NCBI RefSeq assembly: GCF_018336915.1 | Contig: NZ_CP064923.1 | Span: forward strand, 931,046-955,045 | From: Acaryochloris marina S15 | GTDB lineage: Bacteria; Cyanobacteriota; Cyanobacteriia; Thermosynechococcales; Thermosynechococcaceae | Reading direction: 5' to 3' | Length of the DNA: 24,000 nucleotides | Shown: positions 17,535-24,000 of the stretch, piece after piece | How positions within the stretch are numbered: the first letter of the stretch is position 1 | Layout: each line of letters opens with the position of its first letter | Translations under genes and position numbers: made by a program | The notes under the pieces: model-generated | Told to the model about the DNA's origin: nothing | Databases searched by the model: none | What the model saw: the letters and a program-made list of their open reading frames with translations, nothing else

Positions 17535-18014
17535 TTACAAAATATACATTCCAGAATTATTTGGCTCTTGTCCGCTTTTGGTGATTCAGAAAATGTGTTG
17601 TAATTCTGCTCACAGATAAAAACTAAACAAGGCCGAACTCCCTAATCTACCGTTATAAGTCTCAATCAATTTAGCAAATAATGAGGCTCTAAATTGTATC
17701 TCTTACTCAGCTCACCAAAAGAGGTCAAGACTCAATTGTTTGTCCGTCTTCCAGAATCAATGTCACAAAACTAGAAATGTGACTGGTATTTTGGGGATAT
17801 CTTGGGTGTTATTGTTCTCGACCGAAGAACGCAAAACCTTCTCTCCTCAAAGATTTCTGAGCATTTCAAGCTCATTCAATCTCGATGCTTTTTTAAGAAT
17901 CTTCCTAATTTCAAATGGACCGAATAAAAGTTTCTGGTTCGTTTTTCAGAATTAGTGCGCATCATCAGCTGTGAAAAGCAGCAACACTTTTTGTTGTTCG
18001 AGTGCATACAAGTG

Positions 18015-18575
18015 TTATGACTTATTATTGGCCCATTCATCCCAGTAGTCTTTGCAAAGGGCACCAAGCTCTTCTATTGAATACCCCTTTCCCGCCTCAT
18101 CAGTAACTTCAACAGAAGTAGCGGAGAAGTGAAGCTCGCCACCACAGTAGTCAAATTCTGGTAAATGCTGGTCACAAGCAACCTTTATTTGGTCTTCTTC
18201 ATAATTTCCTTCCAGAATCCCAAGCTCTGATTTAAAAATAGTTTTTGCATCTCTCAATACTTTAGGTTCAGACTTCCAGTCACTTGGCCAAGTGGAAAAA
18301 TGTAAATTCCTCACGTTGTCTAAGCGAAGCATAAACTTCCGAAAAGGAGGGTTGATTCTCTCAGCCAGATACTGGATTTCAACCTCAATTAGCAATGAAC
18401 TATTTTTCTGATGACCATTAACAATGTCGCCATCATGAAAAATGGAAAAGACATTACTAATATTTTCAGAGCCTTCAATCTTGATAGACATAGGATTGCG
18501 ACAAGTGAGTGTCCGTTGGGGATACGCCCGGATTTGAGACAACGGTGTATTTGTTTTCCGCGATTGCAGGCACAT
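18015..18575 (-). CDS. Hypothetical acidic protein B, downstream member of a two-gene cassette; possibly immunity-protein-like
   Basis: 186-aa ORF whose ATG (18575-18573) lies 3 nt after the stop of the upstream ORF (TAG CCG ATG). An alternative ATG at 18491 gives 158 aa (MSIKIEGSENISNVFSIFHDGDIV...). There is no TM or signal segment and I recognise no catalytic motif. Local GC is low. Confidence 0.55.
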   Translation of the reverse strand: MCLQSRKTNTPLSQIRAYPQRTLTCRNPMSIKIEGSENISNVFSIFHDGDIVNGHQKNSSLLIEVEIQYLAERINPPFRKFMLRLDNVRNLHFSTWPSDWKSEPKVLRDAKTIFKSELGILEGNYEEDQIKVACDQHLPEFDYCGGELHFSATSVEVTDEAGKGYSIEELGALCKDYWDEWANNKS

Positions 18576-18578
18576 CGG

Positions 18579-19019
18579 CTACAAGTCGGGGCTGTCAGGC
18601 CAGCCTTTGGATGCAGCCATTGCAATCTTGATCCGAGCCAAAGCCTCTGGAACACCGATTGCCATAAAGGTAACGTGTGATCCTGACACTGGGAGTTCGC
18701 CTTCTGGAGGATGGTATGACATTCTGAAACATCCATCGTAATAGTGTTCGATTATTACATGATGGTCGCCAGCTTCATATTCCGATACCGACATTAGGCA
18801 CAGCGAATCGTGTGAAGTTAGGACCCAAACATCGGTGTTCGGTAATTCAGCATCGAGTTTTGGAATCAGATCACGCATCGCAGCGTACCATTTGCGAATC
18901 TGTTCGCTGTCTGATTCGTTGTCACAATAATGGTCAAGAATGTTCCCACCTTGCGATTCTGAACGGACTAGCGGCATGAACGACAATTCCTGCACGGGAT
19001 AACTATGGTTATACGTCAC
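18579..19019 (-). CDS. Hypothetical acidic protein A, upstream member of a two-gene cassette
   Basis: 146-aa ORF with a GTG start at 19019-19017, at the centre of a 24-bp palindrome. GGAGG sits at 19038-19034, 14 nt upstream. An alternative ATG at 18977 has AGGAA upstream. I recognise no family. Confidence 0.55.
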   Translation of the reverse strand: MTYNHSYPVQELSFMPLVRSESQGGNILDHYCDNESDSEQIRKWYAAMRDLIPKLDAELPNTDVWVLTSHDSLCLMSVSEYEAGDHHVIIEHYYDGCFRMSYHPPEGELPVSGSHVTFMAIGVPEALARIKIAMAASKGWPDSPDL

Positions 19020-19031
19020 GTGACGTATAAC
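19008..19031. promoter_or_regulatory. 24-bp perfect palindrome GTTATACGTCACGTGACGTATAAC; candidate operator or start-codon-sequestering hairpin
   Basis: Bases 19008-19019 are the exact reverse complement of 19020-19031. The core is CACGTG and the flanking half-sites are TACGTCA/TGACGTA. It overlaps the GTG start of ORF 18579-19019 and sits just downstream of a GGAGG. Confidence 0.55.
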
Positions 19032-19189
19032 ATCCTCCTCTAAAGGATTAAATTAATACGCCTCATCTGGGTAGATATGCGACACATTGGCAGTTAATAA
19101 TTCTCGTCATTCATAATATTGAAGTCACCACCCCATGAATAATAGTGTCATCGGCAATCGTTTGAACTTTTATCTTCACTCGCCCTCTC

Positions 19190-20179
19190 TTACCGCGAAT
19201 GCTTCAAGAAAAAGTCAATAATCATGGCACCAGCATTGATATCCTTCGACACTCTGCCAATCAATTTAGGTTTCAGGTATTGCGCACCACCAGGCCAAGT
19301 GTGACCCCCACCAATCACTTTTACAAGCGTTACCTCTGTCTGATCAGCACAACCCGTATATTGCTCCATCTCAACCCTAGTACTATCGTTGGGATTCTTA
19401 TCTGGGAGTGATATTTTCTTCGGCGTAGCTTGACAGTTATTTTGAAGACGAAAATGCTCAATGGTATCGGCAGTCGAGAGGATTTCGCCACGACTGCGGC
19501 CAAACCTAAACAGACGAACATGCCCACCCTGATATGGCACAATCGGATCCTCCGTTCCGTTGACGATCATGACTGAAATCGGTTGCTTAGGAGTCTTATC
19601 CTGAAGAGCGAGGGGAAGTTGGGCTGTTACAGGTGCGATCGCAGCTATCTTGTCCGACAGATCTAACGCCAAGCGAACTGACATAAACCCACCATTAGAA
19701 ATGCCGGTAACGTAAACCCTTTGGGAGTCAACGCCATAGTCATCTATCATCCGGTCAATGACTTTGGAAATAAAGCCAACATCATCGTAGGATTTATTTC
19801 GCTTCAGATGCTGAGTACGCCCATCACTCCATTGGCGATTCATGCCATCTGGGAAAACCAAAATGACGCCTCGCTGATTAGCAATGGTCTTCAACTGGCC
19901 TTGAGACAGCGCTTGATCAAACTGGCGTCCCGTTCCACCGCCCCCATGAAGAGCCAGTACCAAGGGCAGTGACTTCTGTTGTTTAAATTCCTCAGGTAAA
20001 TAAATATGATAGGTGCGCGGGATACCTTCATGCCTAACCCGTTCCGTCAGGCTTCTGGCTGAACTGATCGTTGGGTTTGGGGGAGTTACGGAACTGGCAT
20101 GGCATCCGACACACAATAGAATGGATGACGACACCATACAAACGCCAAACCCAACTGCAGCCCAATCCAATCTCCTCAT
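19190..20179 (-). CDS. Exported alpha/beta-hydrolase esterase of the PHB-depolymerase (LpqC/COG3509-like) family
   Basis: 329 aa with an N-terminal signal-like segment (MRRLDWAAVGFGVCMVSSSILLCVGC). It has LVLALHGGGGTG (oxyanion region), the nucleophile elbow GISNG in VYVTGISNGGFMS, and GGGHTWPGG near the C-terminus. GAGGAG lies 8 nt upstream of the ATG. Confidence 0.8.
   Translation of the reverse strand: MRRLDWAAVGFGVCMVSSSILLCVGCHASSVTPPNPTISSARSLTERVRHEGIPRTYHIYLPEEFKQQKSLPLVLALHGGGGTGRQFDQALSQGQLKTIANQRGVILVFPDGMNRQWSDGRTQHLKRNKSYDDVGFISKVIDRMIDDYGVDSQRVYVTGISNGGFMSVRLALDLSDKIAAIAPVTAQLPLALQDKTPKQPISVMIVNGTEDPIVPYQGGHVRLFRFGRSRGEILSTADTIEHFRLQNNCQATPKKISLPDKNPNDSTRVEMEQYTGCADQTEVTLVKVIGGGHTWPGGAQYLKPKLIGRVSKDINAGAMIIDFFLKHSR
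19635..19642. repeat. HIP1 octamer GCGATCGC
   Basis: Exact match read from the sequence. Confidence 0.95.
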
Positions 20180-20644
20180 ATCAACAACTCCTCTGCATCT
20201 TTTGCAATCGGGTGACTGAAGTCTCTCACCCCAATGAACTTCACCTAGGCTTAGACTTTCTTAGAATGAGTATGGTTCAATTTAGACCGGACCGTTTGAA
20301 TCGCAAGCGGACCTAAGGGACTCCCCACTCATTCGTGCTCACACCAGCCATAATTTCATAACGGGAGAAGATTTCGGGGCAACTGAGTCATGGGCTAGTA
20401 CAAGCGAGTCTTACCTATGGTTGTAATAGCTGTGATGAATGTAGTGACAGACATAAATCATAGAATACTGACCAGCCAAACCAGCACATAATACTAGAAT
20501 TCATCATGGAGAAGGTGATCAAGATCAGCTCTGATAAAAGGTCCTAGCCAGTATGCTAAAAATTAACCAATAAACTCACCCAACTACAAACTTTGAGTCA
20601 TAGATCAAACCCCAATCTCCTATTAGGAGGTCCAAAAAGTATTC

Positions 20645-21592
20645 ATGAGCGACCATTCAATTGATCGAGGGTATAGATTCAGGACTACATTATCAGTAGG
20701 GATTTTGATGCTGCTAATGAGTTTAGTCTCGCCCCTATATCATTCACAGGTCTTGGCTAAAATTATATCCAAACCTCAGAAAATATTACTGGCTCAGAGC
20801 GAACTAAATACTCTCCCAGTAGAAGCTCGATATCAGGAAGCACGGCGTCGAATTCAATTTGCGAAGCAGACAGAGGCCCTAGAACTTGATCTCTCAGGGT
20901 TATCTTTAACCCAACTCCCTCCAGAAATTGGGCAGCTCTCAAATTTGCACAAACTGTATCTTGGATTCAACCAATTGGCCAGTCTACCACCCGAGATTGG
21001 CCAACTAAAACGTTTACAGCTTCTCCAGCTTACCCGCAATCAGTTAAAGAGTTTGCCCCCGGAAATTGGCCAGCTCACCAAGCTTGAAGAACTTCAGCTT
21101 CCTTATAATCAGTTGGTCAGTCTGCCTCCAGAAATCGGACAGCTGTCTCAGCTAAGAAGCCTGGATTTAACATTTGGTGGGCTGAAAAGTCTGCCTCCAG
21201 AAATTAGCCAACTCTCAAATTTAGAAGGGCTTTATCTCCGCAATAATCGCTTACACAGCCTGCCGCCAGAAATTGGTAAACTCTCCAATCTCAAAGAACT
21301 CTATATTCCCTTCAACTATTTGACCAATTTGCCATCAGAAATTGGTAGGCTGACCAGCTTACAAACCCTTGATCTATCCTATAACCAGCTGAATAAAGTC
21401 CCCCCAGAGATGGACCAGTTGTTCAAGATAAAAACCCTATATCTCAGCCATAATCAACTAAAAGATCTGCCTATCAGGCTAAATAAGCTAACAAATCTAA
21501 CGGATTTAGGATTGTCGGGCAATCCTTTTCCACCTACAGTATTTAAGCAATATGAGTCTCAAACGACTAAGGCCAGACAGTTAGGATTTTAA
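20645..21592 (+). CDS. Exported stand-alone leucine-rich repeat (LRR) protein
   Basis: 315 aa with a signal-like N-terminus (RFRTTLSVGILMLLMSLVSPLYHSQVLA). About 9-10 consecutive 23-aa LRRs follow, with consensus LxxLxLxxNQLxSLPPEIGQLxx. I see no Roc/COR, kinase or other effector domain. Confidence 0.9.
   Translation: MSDHSIDRGYRFRTTLSVGILMLLMSLVSPLYHSQVLAKIISKPQKILLAQSELNTLPVEARYQEARRRIQFAKQTEALELDLSGLSLTQLPPEIGQLSNLHKLYLGFNQLASLPPEIGQLKRLQLLQLTRNQLKSLPPEIGQLTKLEELQLPYNQLVSLPPEIGQLSQLRSLDLTFGGLKSLPPEISQLSNLEGLYLRNNRLHSLPPEIGKLSNLKELYIPFNYLTNLPSEIGRLTSLQTLDLSYNQLNKVPPEMDQLFKIKTLYLSHNQLKDLPIRLNKLTNLTDLGLSGNPFPPTVFKQYESQTTKARQLGF
20876..21532 (+). repeat. Tandem 69-bp coding repeats (23-aa LRR units) inside the LRR gene
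   Basis: The first Pro codon of the LPPEIGQL-type core recurs at 20918, 20987, 21056, 21125, 21194, 21263, 21332, 21401 and 21470, a strict 69-bp period. Units differ mainly by synonymous codons. Confidence 0.85.
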
Positions 21593-21650
21593 GCTGATCA
21601 AGGTACTCCTCTCACCATTAGCCCTGAATAGTGGCTCAGAAGGATAACCA

Positions 21651-23438
21651 CTACTTTTTAGGCTCAGCCGTGGATTTGATCTGCAATTCTTTAAGCTGCC
21701 TCTGATCCACACCTGACGGTGCTTGAGTCAATAGGCATCGAGCCTGTTGGGTTTTAGGGAAAGCAATCGTGTCACGAATTGACTCTTCACCACTGAGCAG
21801 CATCGCCAAGCGATCAATACCATAGGCAATCCCGCCATGAGGCGGGGCACCAAAGTTAAAGGCATTGAGCAAGAATCCAAATTTATCCTGAGCTTCTTCC
21901 TCTGATAAGCCAATGGCGTCAAACACACGCCGTTGCAAATCTGCTTGATAAATCCTCAGACTCCCCCCGCCAATTTCCAAACCGTTGTAAACCAAGTCAT
22001 AGGCCTGGGCGCGAGCCGTTTTGAGATCGGCTTCATCTTCAGGATAAGGAGCCGTAAAAGGGTGGTGGAGAGCTTCCAGACGTTTTTCACCAGCGTTCCA
22101 TTCAAACATGGGGAACTCAGTAATCCACAATAAATCGATTTGGTCCGGATCAATCAACTTCATTTCCGCTCCCAACGCCAGGCGTACCCGAGATAGAGAA
22201 GCATTGACGATCTCCGTTGGACCGGCGCCAAATAAAAGTAAGTGGCCCGCTTTGGCCCCCGTGCGCTCTAATAATTCTGCCGTTTGCTCTGGCGATAGAT
22301 TATCTTTAATCGCCCCAATTGTTTCAATGGCCCCATCTTCTTTGACCCGGATATAGGCCAAACCTTTGGCACCCCCCGCACAGGCCTCCGAGAATAAGTC
22401 ACCACCGGGTTTGATGCGAACGTTGGAAATATTGGCATTACCATCGGGGATAGGCAGGACTTTGACTTGTCCACCCTTTTTAATCGCCCCTGAAAACACC
22501 TTAAATCCTGAGTCTTTGAGCAAGTCAGAGACATTGACCAATTCCAGGTCAAATCGAGTATCTGGACGATCCGTGCCGTACCGTTCCATTGCCTCGGCAT
22601 AGGTCATTTGTGGGAAGGTCTTGGGCAAGTCAACATCCTTGATCGCTTTGAAGACATGCCGCATTAAGTCTTCGTTGAGCTGGATAATTTCCGCTTGAGA
22701 CATAAAGCTCATTTCCATATCCAGCTGGGTAAATTCCGGCTGCCGATCGGCTCGTAAGTCTTCATCCCGGAAACAGCGGGCGATTTGGTAATAGCGGTCG
22801 AATCCAGACACCATCAGCAGTTGCTTAAAAATCTGGGGCGACTGAGGCAGGGCAAACCATTCTCCTGGATTGGCCCGACTGGGCACCAAATAGTCGCGTG
22901 CACCTTCAGGAGTGGAGCGAGTTAAGACGGGAGTTTCAATATCAACAAAGCCTTGCTGATCTTCTAAGTAGCGACGAATGGATTGAATTAAGCGATGCCG
23001 CATCATGATGTTTTGATGCATGCGATCGCGTCGCAAATCCAAATACCGATACTTGAGTCGCAGCTCCTCTTTTACAGATTCCACATCGGCAGTCGAGACC
23101 TGAAACGGCAACTGTTGATGCACCGCATTCAGCAGCTCAATTTGATCAGCATAGATCTCAACGTCTCCCGTGGGAAGGCGAGGATTGAGGGAATCATCCG
23201 GACGACGACTCACCTCACCGTGAATCCGAACCACATACTCATTTCGGAGGGCATCGGCTTGGGGATAGGCTGCAGGGGTTCGTTCTGGGTCACTGACAAT
23301 TTGGATCAGACCGGTGCGATCACGCACATCCAAAAAAATCACGCCCCCATGATCGCGACGGCGGTCTACCCAACCACAGAGGGTAACCCGTTCACCCACA
23401 TGATCATTTCGTAATTCACTGCAATAGTGGGTTCGCAT
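21651..23438 (-). CDS. aspS: Aspartyl-tRNA synthetase (class IIb, bacterial type)
   Basis: [10 protein letters not shown]...[22 protein letters not shown] is the canonical AspRS N-terminus (OB anticodon-binding domain). Class II motifs are present ([34 protein letters not shown]). I prefer ATG 23438 over the upstream ATG 23501, which adds 21 atypical residues. Confidence 0.95.
   Translation of the reverse strand: MRTHYCSELRNDHVGERVTLCGWVDRRRDHGGVIFLDVRDRTGLIQIVSDPERTPAAYPQADALRNEYVVRIHGEVSRRPDDSLNPRLPTGDVEIYADQIELLNAVHQQLPFQVSTADVESVKEELRLKYRYLDLRRDRMHQNIMMRHRLIQSIRRYLEDQQGFVDIETPVLTRSTPEGARDYLVPSRANPGEWFALPQSPQIFKQLLMVSGFDRYYQIARCFRDEDLRADRQPEFTQLDMEMSFMSQAEIIQLNEDLMRHVFKAIKDVDLPKTFPQMTYAEAMERYGTDRPDTRFDLELVNVSDLLKDSGFKVFSGAIKKGGQVKVLPIPDGNANISNVRIKPGGDLFSEACAGGAKGLAYIRVKEDGAIETIGAIKDNLSPEQTAELLERTGAKAGHLLLFGAGPTEIVNASLSRVRLALGAEMKLIDPDQIDLLWITEFPMFEWNAGEKRLEALHHPFTAPYPEDEADLKTARAQAYDLVYNGLEIGGGSLRIYQADLQRRVFDAIGLSEEEAQDKFGFLLNAFNFGAPPHGGIAYGIDRLAMLLSGEESIRDTIAFPKTQQARCLLTQAPSGVDQRQLKELQIKSTAEPKK
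23022..23029. repeat. HIP1 octamer GCGATCGC
   Basis: Exact match read from the sequence. Confidence 0.95.
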
Positions 23439-23700
23439 ACCTGATTGATCCAGCTCCCTCTTAAAACAACAAGATTCCCCAACTGAGGGGGAAATTATCA
23501 TTGCACGTTGGCAAACTCACATATTATCGCAGCTATTAACCTTGGATGTAGATCTAGGATGCAATCAATATCCACATCCATCAAGAGAGCCAGTGATGCT
23601 TAGATAAGCGGGATGCTCATAGTCCCAACCGGATTCATTTCAAGCGCTAGGCCAATCCAGATTGAAACCATTGAAAGTGGTAGAAGGAGACTATTCCCTA

Positions 23701-23898
23701 TTAATCGCTATCTGGACTCTCTTCAGATGGAATCGGAGCCCGTTCCACTAATCCCATTGTGAAGGCTTCATCTGGCAGCTCACTGACCTTGTAGCGTCCC
23801 GGTTGAAACATCCGACTTGGCGTTAGACAAAGCTGTTTCAGAATCACAATCTCATTTTGCAAAAATGCATCACGAGACAACCGACGTTCTAAGGGCAT
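23701..23898 (-). CDS. Small hypothetical protein (65 aa)
   Basis: The ORF does not overlap other genes and GGAGA lies 8 nt upstream of the ATG. The composition is protein-like with an acidic C-terminus. I recognise no family. Confidence 0.4.
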   Translation of the reverse strand: MPLERRLSRDAFLQNEIVILKQLCLTPSRMFQPGRYKVSELPDEAFTMGLVERAPIPSEESPDSD

Positions 23899-24000
23899 TA
23901 CTGATTCTCCACATGGGGTTCATGCCCCTATTCTGGCATGCCCCAACCAGGGTTCAGTACAGATCTTGATCAGAAACTAGACCTTGGCTAGCCTTGCGGA

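Noticed and set aside
16922-18736. ORFs 16922-17185, 17740-17955, 17876-18067, 18389-18736 and 18411-18680
   Set aside because: The first is antisense to the cyclase gene. The two in the AT-rich spacer have non-ATG or weak starts and Lys/Asn/Phe-rich junk-like composition. The last two overlap the A/B cassette in other frames.
17464-20640. Integrative element or prophage remnant inserted at tRNA-Gly
   Set aside because: I found no integrase or recombinase ORF. I also found no direct repeat of the tRNA 3' end (GGTTCGATTCCCCCCACCCGC) downstream that could serve as attR. Only the composition shift and gene content hint at accessory DNA, so I report it as a patch and not as a defined mobile element.
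19199-23414. Numerous 60-140-aa ORFs antisense or out of frame within the esterase, LRR and aspS genes, such as 19199-19411, 19721-19972, 20013-20316, 20854-21039, 21728-22602 and 22995-23414
   Set aside because: They are frame shadows of long, confidently identified genes.
1-24000. CRISPR arrays, IS elements or transposases, and rRNA genes
   Set aside because: I scanned both strands. The only regularly spaced direct repeats are the coding LRR units, and I found no transposase-like ORFs, terminal inverted repeats or rRNA-like segments.

Overview
The window looks like cyanobacterial chromosome. The HIP1 octamer GCGATCGC occurs 11 times, and gene content includes ycf46, a SigF-type sigma factor, purK, gpsA and aspS. 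I support about 22 protein-coding genes, one partial at the 5' edge, plus one tRNA-Gly(UCC). I found no rRNA, CRISPR array, IS element, transposase or integrase. Most of the window is housekeeping: sugar transferase, sigma factor, BI-1 membrane protein, CDF transporter, purK, Ycf46 AAA+ ATPase, thioredoxin-like protein, glpD-gpsA, cysteine desulfurase, a membrane diguanylate cyclase coupled to a GGCT-like gene, and aspS. The stretch just 3' of the tRNA (about 17.5-21.6 kb) looks accessory. It has an AT-rich ORF-poor spacer, then two unknown acidic proteins only 3 nt apart. A 24-bp perfect palindrome spans the putative start codon of the first one. An exported PHB-depolymerase-family esterase and an exported stand-alone LRR protein follow. 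My best candidate for an undescribed module is that two-gene cassette plus palindrome (18015-19031). The second candidate is a pair of diverged tandem paralogs of unknown function (8585-10002) divergent from ycf46. Both calls rest on sequence reading and remembered family signatures, with no database search. Other unexplained items are a 1.17-kb region with no credible ORF (278-1451), a 1-nt stop/start overlap linking the cyclase to the GGCT-like gene, and a possible unannotated 50-aa membrane peptide.
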